From an uncultured bacterium (lineage in GTDB: Bacteria; Desulfobacterota_D; UBA1144; Nemesobacterales; UBA2774), in the NCBI GenBank assembly GCA_963705505.1, contig CAVPJU010000003.1, positions 256,001-320,000 on the forward strand: 64,000 nucleotides of DNA, in the 5' to 3' direction. The position numbers were made by a program, and so were the translations under genes. The notes under the pieces are model-generated. The model ran no database searches. It was not told the DNA's origin and was given only the letters and a program-made list of their open reading frames with translations. The number at the start of each line of letters is the position of its first letter. Position 1 is the first letter of the stretch. Positions 29,966 to 39,303 of the stretch are shown piece by piece.

Positions 29966-30141
29966 TCGAGACTCCGCTTAATTCAGGTATTCCTGTGAGT
30001 TTCAGGATATTAACACATCCCGTCTTCTTCTACAAAAATGTGTAGGGAGTTATCCTAGACGTCAGATGGAAGGTCTCTATTCTTTGAATTTGAAAGCCCC
30101 TTGGCGTATAATCTTGATGCTCCGGCAAGGATCAAACCACC

Positions 30142-31350
30142 ATGGCAGTCACTTCGGGACGCGCCGTTAATGCCATCCGTGAATTTCTCAAACTCGAATC
30201 CGCGAGCGGAATTATTCTGGTCGGGGCTGCGGTCCTTGCTCTCATATTAAACAACTCCCCCCTCTCGGGCTTGTACGACCTGCTGTTAAACACCCCTGTA
30301 GAGATCAGGGTCGGCGCCCTCCACCTGGCAAAGCCTCTCCTCCTCTGGATCAACGACGGCCTCATGGCTGCTTTTTTCCTACTGGTCGGCCTCGAGGTGA
30401 AGCGCGAGGTATTGGACGGACAATTGTCCAGCCTTTCTCAGATCGCTCTACCCGGCATTGCCGCTATAGGCGGTATGGTGATACCTGCGCTGATATACAT
30501 TTTTTTTAATTTCGATACCCCCGGAGCGTTAAACGGCTGGGCGATCCCCGCCGCAACTGATATAGCTTTCGCGCTCGGGATAATGACTCTCCTGGGCTCC
30601 CGTGTCCCGCTCTCGCTTAAGCTCTTTTTACTCACGCTCGCAATCATAGACGACCTCGGGGCTATAGTCATAATCGCAATTTTTTATTCGGGGAAACTGT
30701 CCCTCGTCTCCCTCGTCATGGCGGGAATCGCTGTAGCGGCGCTCGCCGCAATGAATCTAATGGGCGTGAAGAGGATAGCGGCTTACGTAATCGTCGGCGT
30801 AATACTCTGGATATGCGTCCTTAAATCCGGAGTGCACGCGACCCTTGCGGGGGTGGTTCTGGCGTTCGCAATCCCAATGAGGACGAAGGACGAGGAGCCC
30901 TGCCCGCTTCGGGAGCTCGAGCATACTCTGCATCCGTGGGTGGCGTTCGGGATTATGCCTGTTTTCGCTTTCGCCAATGCGGGGGTGTCGGTTGAGGGTA
31001 TGAGCTTAATGACCCTGTTCGAGCCCATTCCCGTGGGAGTCGCCCTCGGACTTTTTCTGGGAAAGCAGCTGGGCGTATTCGGATTTTCAAAACTTTGTAT
31101 AAAGCTGGGTCTGGCAAAAATGCCGGAGGGAGCGACATGGCTCACGCTTTACGGGACATCCGTTCTATGCGGTATCGGCTTTACGATGAGCTTATTCATA
31201 AGCACGCTGGCTTTCCATTCGAGTATGGCCGATGCGGGCGTATCGGCGAGGCTCGGAATCCTCGCGGGGTCGTTCGTTTCCGCGATCGGCGGGTATTTAC
31301 TGCTGAGATACTCTTTAAGCGGGGAATCCAAAACGAATGAGGGACCGTAA
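30142..31350 (+). CDS. nhaA: Na+/H+ antiporter NhaA
   Basis: [41 protein letters not shown]. Confidence 0.96.
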   Translation: MAVTSGRAVNAIREFLKLESASGIILVGAAVLALILNNSPLSGLYDLLLNTPVEIRVGALHLAKPLLLWINDGLMAAFFLLVGLEVKREVLDGQLSSLSQIALPGIAAIGGMVIPALIYIFFNFDTPGALNGWAIPAATDIAFALGIMTLLGSRVPLSLKLFLLTLAIIDDLGAIVIIAIFYSGKLSLVSLVMAGIAVAALAAMNLMGVKRIAAYVIVGVILWICVLKSGVHATLAGVVLAFAIPMRTKDEEPCPLRELEHTLHPWVAFGIMPVFAFANAGVSVEGMSLMTLFEPIPVGVALGLFLGKQLGVFGFSKLCIKLGLAKMPEGATWLTLYGTSVLCGIGFTMSLFISTLAFHSSMADAGVSARLGILAGSFVSAIGGYLLLRYSLSGESKTNEGP

Positions 31351-31419
31351 TACGAATAGAGATTTCGTCGGTAATATATAGTTGTTATTGCTTATATCAG
31401 CCTTTGCGGTTTTTCTCAA

Positions 31420-32019
31420 ATGAACATACTCAACCGGATAAAAGGAATTATTCTTTTCGTCTCCCTCTTCTACCTGACCTTCTACGTCCCTATGTCCCTC
31501 ACCTTTTATGCGCCTCAATGGATGAAGCTCAACTGTAACTGGCACGAACGCTGCAAAATCATAGGCTACGACAATGCATACAGGGGAATAGACGAGCTTG
31601 CCTCCTACTTCAGACACCGGGGCGGGCTCGAGAGTTTCTGGACCGTAAAGGAAAAACTGCATCTAAAAGAAGTACGCGGTATGTTCGATAAGATGCTCAT
31701 AGGCGGCGTGTTTGCGCTCGTGCTGCTTATATTTACATACGACCGTAGACGGGTCCCGCGCTACGCGCTGATAAATGCGGCGATAATTCTATCTCTCCTG
31801 CTAATACTCCCATTTTTCACCACGTTCTGGAGGGACATATTCCATCCCCTTCTGTTCAAGAATAATCTCTGGATGAACAACAGGTACGACCTCTCCTTTT
31901 ATATAATGCCCCGCCAGTTCTTCAAATACACGATCGCACTCCTGATAGCGATTTCCGTATCGGCGAATATCGTTCTGTGGCTGGCATTACGCAAAGGCGC
32001 AACGAAAAAGAAGAGCTGA
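31420..32019 (+). CDS. DUF1461 / lipoprotein intramolecular transacylase (Lit)-like membrane protein
   Basis: 4 TM segments; EKLHLKEVRGMF and FHPLLFKNNLW carry the two conserved His motifs of the family. Confidence 0.65.
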   Translation: MNILNRIKGIILFVSLFYLTFYVPMSLTFYAPQWMKLNCNWHERCKIIGYDNAYRGIDELASYFRHRGGLESFWTVKEKLHLKEVRGMFDKMLIGGVFALVLLIFTYDRRRVPRYALINAAIILSLLLILPFFTTFWRDIFHPLLFKNNLWMNNRYDLSFYIMPRQFFKYTIALLIAISVSANIVLWLALRKGATKKKS

Positions 32020-32030
32020 TTTATTTATCT

Positions 32031-32603
32031 TTAATCGAATATGTCGCCGGGGCTGCAGTTATCGGGATTAATACAGGGTTTGAAGTCGGATATATTGCTG
32101 TGATCCGCCTCCATGCCGTACCTGTGGCCGAGCTCGTGCTTCCAGACCGAAAATTCCCCGCATCCTTCGAATCCCCCTTCGGAAATCGTTATTGCATCTA
32201 TATCGAAGAAGTAGATTCCGCCGCAGACACTACGTCCGACAGCCTCGCAATCAAAACGGTTGGGGACTACGTATACCCTGAGCGCCGAAAGCGGGGGGAT
32301 GACAGTGCCGTTGTCGAGCATAAAATCCTCGAACCCTATCTGAGAGTCGCCGAACTGACAATTGAGAAATTGCTCAGCCCTGTTATCCAGGAGGTCGAGG
32401 ACATGCTGTGTGCCGGCATCGACGCCGCTCTCTATCGCCACCTGCATTCCGTATACGGGCGTCCTGAGATTGAAATCCTGGGATTCTACGACATTCTCAT
32501 CAATAAGAGGGTCGACCGGCCCCGCGAAGAAGTCGGTCACTTCGTCGCACGAGAACAGTGTAAGGACATAAAGCGCGACTAATAGAACAGGAAGGCGTTT
32601 CAT
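32031..32603 (-). CDS. Putative lipoprotein with a zinc-metallopeptidase-like motif
   Basis: MKRLPVLLVALYVLTLFSC lipoprotein signal; HELGHRYGMEADH; several Cys. Start taken at 32603 (track start 32639). Confidence 0.6.
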   Translation of the reverse strand: MKRLPVLLVALYVLTLFSCDEVTDFFAGPVDPLIDENVVESQDFNLRTPVYGMQVAIESGVDAGTQHVLDLLDNRAEQFLNCQFGDSQIGFEDFMLDNGTVIPPLSALRVYVVPNRFDCEAVGRSVCGGIYFFDIDAITISEGGFEGCGEFSVWKHELGHRYGMEADHSNISDFKPCINPDNCSPGDIFD

Positions 32604-32729
32604 GCAGGTGCGTCCTCCGGAGCAGGTTTTTTCAAGCATGAATATGATAACCGACGGATTTTATCGATTCTATCTGAAATTCTTTTTAAAACCCCAAAGT
32701 CTTGCGTAAACTTTGAATGAAGATATCAA

Positions 32730-33242
32730 ATGGAGGATCCCGTCATGAGACTGAAAACCGGCGCAGCGATAATCGGCACATTATTCATAACAATTTCTTT
32801 CTTTAATTGCAATGCGGATAACGTGAAAAGCAGCTTCCCTGAAAATTGCAGTCAATCGGGGTTCGAGTTCCGGGACTCGGGCATAATCCTAAACCCCGGC
32901 TCCAAATCCGGGCAGAGCCTTTATCTCCTGAACAACACCTCTGAAAGCGACTTCTGGATCACCCACCCTGTCAAAGACCCCGGAGCAAGCGCAGGCTGGA
33001 CTTCGAACCTCGACCCCGGCAACTGGTCAGCATTCACGGCAAATATCCCGGATTTCGAGTTAACGTGCACGAAAACAGGGCAGGGGTCTTTAGACAATCT
33101 CCCGTGCCGGAAGGTTATTCAAATGTGCAGAATTTCAAACCCCGCATTCAAGCCGGATATGAACGGAAATTACTGGGTGTCGGAGGATAAGCCGCTGGAA
33201 GCCGTCCTCGATGAAATCAGGAGCCGCGGGATAAGCTGGTGA
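32730..33242 (+). CDS. Exported protein resembling Legionella EnhB-family proteins
   Basis: Signal peptide or lipobox-like N-terminus; FPENC..SGF...ILN...QSLYLL, WSAF, GNYWVS and terminal GISW. Resemblance is recalled, not searched. Confidence 0.5.
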   Translation: MEDPVMRLKTGAAIIGTLFITISFFNCNADNVKSSFPENCSQSGFEFRDSGIILNPGSKSGQSLYLLNNTSESDFWITHPVKDPGASAGWTSNLDPGNWSAFTANIPDFELTCTKTGQGSLDNLPCRKVIQMCRISNPAFKPDMNGNYWVSEDKPLEAVLDEIRSRGISW

Positions 33243-33254
33243 TAATAAAACCGA

Positions 33255-34562
33255 TTATTCGGCGGAGCCCCTGTAGGACCAGTCGAGAAGCTCGACGGGG
33301 TGGGCGGTTTTGATGTCGAGCCCGTGCTGTTTTATGCCCTTACGTATCTGCAGCAGACAGCCGGGGTTTCCCGCTACGAGATAATCCGCTCCGGTCTCTT
33401 TAAGATGACCTATCTTGCGCTCTAAAAGCCTTCCCGACATCTCCGGCTGTACCATGTTATATATGCCCGCGCTCCCGCAGCAAATCTCCGATTCGGGGAG
33501 CTCCCTGAATTCGATACCCGGTATCAGGTTCATCACCTTCCTCGGCTGCTCTTTTATCCTCTGGGCGTTTCCCAGGTGGCACGCGTCCTGGTAAGTGACT
33601 TTTAATTTAAGCTCCCTGAGCTCGCCCGTAAGCCCTATATCGGCGAGAAATTCCATGACGTCCTTTGTCCCGGCGCTAATTTTCCGAGCCCGCTCCGCAA
33701 AAACGGGATCGTCCTTGAGAATCTCGCCGTACTCTTTCATCGTTGAACCGCAGCCTGCGGAATTTACGATTATCGCGTCTGCATCCAGTCCCTCGAAACT
33801 CTTGATAAGAAACCTCGCGAAGTCCCGCCCTTCGGAAAGTCTCCCTGAGTGCACCGAAAGCGCGCCGCAGCATCCCTGATTCCGGGGGATTAACACCTCG
33901 CACCCGTTCTCAGCCAATACCCTGACGGTCGCTTCGTTTGTGCGGGAAAAGAAAACACTCTGCACGCATCCGGTCAGCAGGGCTACGCGGTATCGCTTTT
34001 CTCCTTTAGCAGGAATCACATCCGCGAGCGCCCGGGGGGCCGAAGGGGAATCCACGTCAGGGAGCATCTCTTCCGCCTGCGCAAGTTTCGGAGAAATCGC
34101 CCTCAGTATCCCCGAAGACTCGACCAGTCTGCGGATGCCGAGCTTCTGATATAAATAGAAAAACGGGAGCAGGAGCTTCAACCTTCCCGGATAGGGGAAT
34201 AGGGAAAAAATAACCCACCTCCGGAGTTTCTCGGGAAAGGACCTCTCGTAACGCCTTTCGATCTGGGACCTGCCCGCCTCGATGAGGCTCCCGTAACGCA
34301 CCCCCGAGGGGCAGGCAGGCTCACACGCAAGGCACCCGAGACACATATCCAGGTGCTTCACGAGAGAACCCCCCATCGGAATCTTCCCCTCCGAAGCGGA
34401 TTTCATAAGATAGATCCTTCCTCTCGGAGAGTCGAGCTCGTTTCCTGTCTCGAGGTATGTCGGGCAGGCGGATAGACAGAACCCGCAGTGAACGCAGTCC
34501 TCGATCAGCTCCGCGCTCGGCCTATCCATTTCGTCGAAAGCGTCAAAAACCCTTTCCTGCAT
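33255..34562 (-). CDS. glcF: Glycolate oxidase iron-sulfur subunit
   Basis: CVHCGFCLSACPTY, CLGCLACEPACPSGV, two CCG domains. Confidence 0.93.
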   Translation of the reverse strand: MQERVFDAFDEMDRPSAELIEDCVHCGFCLSACPTYLETGNELDSPRGRIYLMKSASEGKIPMGGSLVKHLDMCLGCLACEPACPSGVRYGSLIEAGRSQIERRYERSFPEKLRRWVIFSLFPYPGRLKLLLPFFYLYQKLGIRRLVESSGILRAISPKLAQAEEMLPDVDSPSAPRALADVIPAKGEKRYRVALLTGCVQSVFFSRTNEATVRVLAENGCEVLIPRNQGCCGALSVHSGRLSEGRDFARFLIKSFEGLDADAIIVNSAGCGSTMKEYGEILKDDPVFAERARKISAGTKDVMEFLADIGLTGELRELKLKVTYQDACHLGNAQRIKEQPRKVMNLIPGIEFRELPESEICCGSAGIYNMVQPEMSGRLLERKIGHLKETGADYLVAGNPGCLLQIRKGIKQHGLDIKTAHPVELLDWSYRGSAE

Positions 34563-34571
34563 AATTAATGT

Positions 34572-35342
34572 TTAGCCTTTTCTTATCGTGAAATCAAGGG
34601 TTATATACGGGGAGCTATCAAGGGCAAGCCTTAAATCCTCATCACCGGGGAAGGTTTTCCTGCCGAGCTTACGAGCACTGAGTTGAAACTTTAATAAGCT
34701 CTCGGAGAACGGATAAGGAGAGACCGTGAAATTAAAGCCGTCTCCTGATTTCATGATGAGGCTCGCCGAATTGCCTTCATAGTCAAGCGGGACATCCGTG
34801 ATTTCCATGGATTCCCACCCGTGGCATAGGGAGAGGGAGATGATATCCCCTATCTGTACGAATCTCAGATTTATCATGACGTCATCCGGGATACGTCCGG
34901 TCTCAGAATCGGAAAGGCCGATGCCGAGCTTCTCCGAAACAAACCTCATAATCTCTCCCTCGAGATATTTTGCATGCTTATCCGAGGGGTCCCTGCCTAA
35001 TAATTTCTGATTGAACCTTGCGAAATGGAGCGCAATAAGGGCCGAGGTATACGGATGCTCTTCCGAGTGAGATTCAAACGACCTCCTCCATATATCGGTC
35101 TGATCGGACGACTCCATTTCCATGAAATTTGCGGGATAACCGTTTTCGGGATTTATTTTGGGGGAGCAGTCCCACTCCCTCCAGCCGCAGTCGTGCTCGC
35201 TGACGGCAAAGAGCACTTCCTCAAAAGGCTCGGGGCGGGAAAACCGTTCGTTCCCCCAGTGCTCCATTATTCTCCCGGCAAGGACCGCATGGTCGTACTG
35301 GGTGATAAGAATCCACCCTTCTTTATCATCTCTGCGAATCAT
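34572..35342 (-). CDS. DUF3891 family protein
   Basis: MIRR...LITQYDHAVLAG...HWG...HDCGW...ALIALH. Start at MIRR is preferred over 35411. Confidence 0.75.
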   Translation of the reverse strand: MIRRDDKEGWILITQYDHAVLAGRIMEHWGNERFSRPEPFEEVLFAVSEHDCGWREWDCSPKINPENGYPANFMEMESSDQTDIWRRSFESHSEEHPYTSALIALHFARFNQKLLGRDPSDKHAKYLEGEIMRFVSEKLGIGLSDSETGRIPDDVMINLRFVQIGDIISLSLCHGWESMEITDVPLDYEGNSASLIMKSGDGFNFTVSPYPFSESLLKFQLSARKLGRKTFPGDEDLRLALDSSPYITLDFTIRKG

Positions 35343-35434
35343 TTCAGTCCGACGATTTATGGGAAGCCCATAAAAGGCAAATAGCGTATCCAAGCTGCCG
35401 GCCGCACGCAAGTCATTTATAGCCGGTTTTTATT

Positions 35435-36766
35435 TCAGAAGAGCCGGCCGGGGTTAAGTATGTTGCCGGGATCGAAGCCCGACTTTATCCTCTTCATCAG
35501 ATCGAGCGAAGTACCGATGTTTCCCCATACATCCACTTCGGCTTTAACCTCAGGGGACGCTTCCCTGACTACGAGGCTTCCGCCCGAGGATTCGGAAAAT
35601 TCTCTCAGCTCCTTCACCGCCTGTATAACCGAACCCTTATCTCCGCTAATCGAGATTGTTATAACGCCGTTAGCCGCCCTCGCTGACGCATGAGCATGAA
35701 TTCCGCTTTTATCCGATAATATTTCCAGCATCAGAAAAACGCGGGGGACATCGGAAATGAGCACGCCCGCTTTCAGGACAGCACCCGGGGAAGAGGACAA
35801 TCTCCACGGAAATTCCCTGATCTCCTCCCAGAGGGCGTCTTCTTTTTCGCCTTCCAGAATTAAACCTTCCCCTCCGTTCCTGAGTGACACGTCCATTACA
35901 GTCGAAAGCTGGTCGCCGACTGCCCTGGTGACGTTCATTATCCTCACCGCGAGCGAGTAGCGGTTTTTGTCGATGCCAATCCCGACCCGTTCCATAATAC
36001 CGCCCGCAAGCGCGGGAGTAATGTGCTCGATCGCAGTTATGACGAGGTTCGAGTTAATGAGGGATTTAACCGTATCATGGGATTTTTCGAAAGACTCAAA
36101 ACCGGCAAGGTATGTTTTTGATGACTCGGGAACCGGGTAGAGCCTGAATGTCGCCTCCGCGATTATTCCGAGCGTGCCTAGAGAACCCACGAAGAGCTTG
36201 GGCAGGTCGTACCCCGCGACATTTTTTACGACCTTGGAGCCGCCTTTAAAAATAGAGCCGTCTGCCCGCACAACCTTCATGCCTATGAGGAGCTCCCTCG
36301 TTGTCCCATACCTCGTCCTCATCGGGCCGCTGTCGTTTGATGCAATGATTCCTCCCACGGTTGCGCCGTTACCGACGCGCGGCGGGTCGACGGGGAGGAA
36401 CTGATTCTTTATTCCGAGCTGTGACTGGAAATCCCTGAGCGTAATCCCGCACTCTGTCGTTGCCACGAGGTCCGATGATTCATGCTCGATGATACGGTTG
36501 AGTTTTCTCGTCGAAAGCACTATATCGGCCCGGAGAAGCTTGTTCCCGAGGCCGCTCTTGGTTCCCATGCCCATGGGGATAACCGAGAGAGACTCCCGTG
36601 ACGCGGCCCTCATGATTTCGGATATCTGCCCGATATCCTCAGGGAATAGCGCAATCTGAGGGGTAGCGCCCTCAACGATAAACGGCTCGAGTCCCCGGGG
36701 GTCCAGAATTGCGTTCCCGTCGCCGACAATTTTTACCAATTCATTAAATACGGATGATTCAGGCAT
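35435..36766 (-). CDS. glcE: Glycolate oxidase FAD-binding subunit
   Basis: GSKVVKNVAGYDLPKLFVGSLGTLG, FDPGNILNPGR. Confidence 0.88.
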   Translation of the reverse strand: MPESSVFNELVKIVGDGNAILDPRGLEPFIVEGATPQIALFPEDIGQISEIMRAASRESLSVIPMGMGTKSGLGNKLLRADIVLSTRKLNRIIEHESSDLVATTECGITLRDFQSQLGIKNQFLPVDPPRVGNGATVGGIIASNDSGPMRTRYGTTRELLIGMKVVRADGSIFKGGSKVVKNVAGYDLPKLFVGSLGTLGIIAEATFRLYPVPESSKTYLAGFESFEKSHDTVKSLINSNLVITAIEHITPALAGGIMERVGIGIDKNRYSLAVRIMNVTRAVGDQLSTVMDVSLRNGGEGLILEGEKEDALWEEIREFPWRLSSSPGAVLKAGVLISDVPRVFLMLEILSDKSGIHAHASARAANGVITISISGDKGSVIQAVKELREFSESSGGSLVVREASPEVKAEVDVWGNIGTSLDLMKRIKSGFDPGNILNPGRLF

Positions 36767-36822
36767 CGCTTTTTAAATTTTATGCAATTTTGTTCGAATC
36801 GAATTTATAAAATGTGACGAGT

Positions 36823-38319
36823 CTAATACATCTCGCCCAGACCGGCCTTTTGCAGCGGGTGCTCTTTATAAGGCTTCATTCCCTGCTCGACGCAGGTTCT
36901 GGGTGTCGGGAAAACCTTGCCCGGGTTGCAGAGCCCCTTCTGATCGAAGGCGCACCTGACGAGGTTCATCGTATCTAGATCGTTATCGCCGAACATGAGC
37001 GAGAGGAACCTCTTCTTATCGTGTCCCACCCCGTGCTCTCCCGTAATGCTCCCGCCCGAGTCAACGCACACTTTAAGAATCTCGCCCGCAAGCTCGAGCG
37101 CCTTCTCAGGCTGGCCTTCGCGAGTGGAATCATATAGCACGAGCGGGTGGAGGTTTCCGTCACCGGCATGAAAAACGTTTGCGACCCGGAGACCGTATTC
37201 CCTGCTCAGCTCCCCTATCCTTCCCAGCACTTCCGCGAGCTTGCTCCTCGGGATGACGCCGTCCTGGACATAGTAATCCGAACTCACCCTGCCCATCGCG
37301 GGAAACGCGTTTTTCCTCCCCTTCCAGAAGAGATCCCTTTCCCTGGCGTCCTTTGCAATTCTTATCTCAGTCGCATTGTTTTCCCCGAGCACTTCCTCCA
37401 CTATAGGCATCTGCGCCTCGACCTCGGCGGCAGGCCCGTCAAGCTCTACGAGGAGTATGGAGCCTGCATCGACCGGATACCCCGCGTGAACGGCCTCTTC
37501 GACAGAGCGGATACAGAGGTTATCCATTATCTCCATCCCCGCCGGTATTACGCCCCTTGCGGTTATCCCGGAAACCGACGCTCCCGCATCCTCTATCCTG
37601 TCGAAGGACGCAAAAAGCGTTTTTACCGTTTCGGGCTTTTTTATTATCCTGAGGGTGATTTTTGTGACTATCCCCAGGAGCCCTTCGGAGCCGACAATCA
37701 GCCCTGTAATATCGTAGCCGGGATGGTCAAGCGCTTTGCCCCCCGTTTGTATTATGTCCCCCTCGGGGAGAACGACCTCGAGTCCTAGAACATGGTTCGT
37801 GGTCACGCCGTACTTAAGACAATGCACGCCGCCCGAGTTCTCCGCCACGTTCCCGCCAATCGTGCATACAATCTGGCTCGACGGGTCGGGAGCATAGTAA
37901 TACCCGTATGAGCTCACGGCGTTCGTAACGGAGAGGTTGGTCACCCCCGGCTCGACGACCACACGCTCGTTGGGGATATCTATTTCCAGTATCTTATTCA
38001 TACGGGAGAGTGATATCACAATGCCTTCTTCAGCGGGGAGCGCGCCGCCCGAGAGCCCCGTCCCCGCCCCTCTCGGCACATAGGGGACGTCTTGCTCGTA
38101 ACAGAGCCTGATTACCTGCGACACCTCCCCCGAGGTCTTCGGCAGGACCACAAAAAGCGGTTTTATCCTGTAGCCCGTAAGGGCGTCGCAGTCATAGGCT
38201 ATGAGCTCGTCCTCAGCGTATATAACCCCGTCGCGTCCGAAGATACCGGTAAGCTTATCTCCGAATTCCCTCTTCCAGTCAGGCGATCTAAGCTTGGTTT
38301 TACGGGTTAGGGCATCCAT
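36823..38319 (-). CDS. glcD: Glycolate oxidase subunit D (FAD-linked oxidase)
   Basis: PRGAGTGLSGGA, APDPSSQIVCTIGGN, HAGDGNLHP, GEHGVG. Confidence 0.93.
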   Translation of the reverse strand: MDALTRKTKLRSPDWKREFGDKLTGIFGRDGVIYAEDELIAYDCDALTGYRIKPLFVVLPKTSGEVSQVIRLCYEQDVPYVPRGAGTGLSGGALPAEEGIVISLSRMNKILEIDIPNERVVVEPGVTNLSVTNAVSSYGYYYAPDPSSQIVCTIGGNVAENSGGVHCLKYGVTTNHVLGLEVVLPEGDIIQTGGKALDHPGYDITGLIVGSEGLLGIVTKITLRIIKKPETVKTLFASFDRIEDAGASVSGITARGVIPAGMEIMDNLCIRSVEEAVHAGYPVDAGSILLVELDGPAAEVEAQMPIVEEVLGENNATEIRIAKDARERDLFWKGRKNAFPAMGRVSSDYYVQDGVIPRSKLAEVLGRIGELSREYGLRVANVFHAGDGNLHPLVLYDSTREGQPEKALELAGEILKVCVDSGGSITGEHGVGHDKKRFLSLMFGDNDLDTMNLVRCAFDQKGLCNPGKVFPTPRTCVEQGMKPYKEHPLQKAGLGEMY

Positions 38320-38464
38320 AATTATTTACACAGGCATCATTATATCATTGTTAGGTGCGTAGACCAATCGAAGTCCCTTTACCGGAAACGCCGGGGGATG
38401 CTTGACATTCTGTCCTGAGACGGTAAATTCATTTGCTTAACCCTAATAGTTAAAGGCAGATAAA

Positions 38465-38893
38465 ATGAAGACTTACATGGCAAGAAGCGAAGACTTCGAC
38501 AAAAAGTGGTACGTGATCGACGGGGACGGCAAAACGGTGGGAAGGCTTTCTTCGAAAATAGCCAGAATCCTTAGAGGTAAAGAGAAGCCTCAGTTCACCC
38601 CTCACGCAGACATCGGGGATTTCGTAATAGTCGTGAATGCGGACAAACTGAAGTTCACCGGCAAAAAATGGGATAACAAGAGATATTACTGGCACACGGG
38701 GCACCCCGGCGGAATCAGGTCCATCGCTGCCGAAGATCTCTCCGACAAAAAACCGCAAGAAATATTAAAAAAAGCTGTCTGGGGCATGCTCCCTAAAAAC
38801 AGGTGGCAGAAAAAACTCATAACGAGATTAAAGATCTACACAGGCAGCGAGCATCCTCATGCGCCCCAGCAGCCCGAAACTCTGGAGGTATAG
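38465..38893 (+). CDS. rplM: 50S ribosomal protein L13
   Basis: LRGKEKPQFTPHADIGDFVIVVNA, GMLPKN. Confidence 0.98.
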   Translation: MKTYMARSEDFDKKWYVIDGDGKTVGRLSSKIARILRGKEKPQFTPHADIGDFVIVVNADKLKFTGKKWDNKRYYWHTGHPGGIRSIAAEDLSDKKPQEILKKAVWGMLPKNRWQKKLITRLKIYTGSEHPHAPQQPETLEV

Positions 38894-38902
38894 TAGAAAA
38901 CA

Positions 38903-39295
38903 ATGGCGGAAGTCAACTATTACGGAACCGGCAGAAGAAAAACATCAATCGCACGTGTCTGGCTGCGGGCGGGCGACGGGAAAATCACAATAAACGACCG
39001 TGAGGCCGACGAGTATTTCCCGCGCGAATACTGGAAGGTGCATGCTCTCGAACCCCTCACAACGACTCAGACGAAAGGGAAGTATAACGTCATCGTCGAC
39101 GTCAAGGGCGGCGGTCTGACAGGTCAGGCAGGCGCCGTGAGACACGGCATCGCCAGGGCGCTGCTTCAGGCAGACGAATCCAACAAGAAACCGCTTAAAT
39201 CAGCGGGTCAGCTAAGCAGGGACTCGAGAATGGTGGAAAGAAAGAAGTACGGACTCAAGAAAGCGAGACGCGGACAGCAGTTCTCAAAGAGGTAA
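38903..39295 (+). CDS. rpsI: 30S ribosomal protein S9
   Basis: [27 protein letters not shown]. Confidence 0.98.
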   Translation: MAEVNYYGTGRRKTSIARVWLRAGDGKITINDREADEYFPREYWKVHALEPLTTTQTKGKYNVIVDVKGGGLTGQAGAVRHGIARALLQADESNKKPLKSAGQLSRDSRMVERKKYGLKKARRGQQFSKR

Positions 39296-39303
39296 AACTT
39301 ACT

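Noticed and set aside
31977..32582. 201-aa plus-strand ORF
   Set aside because: The opposite-strand ORF has a lipoprotein signal and an HExxH motif and is the better gene call.
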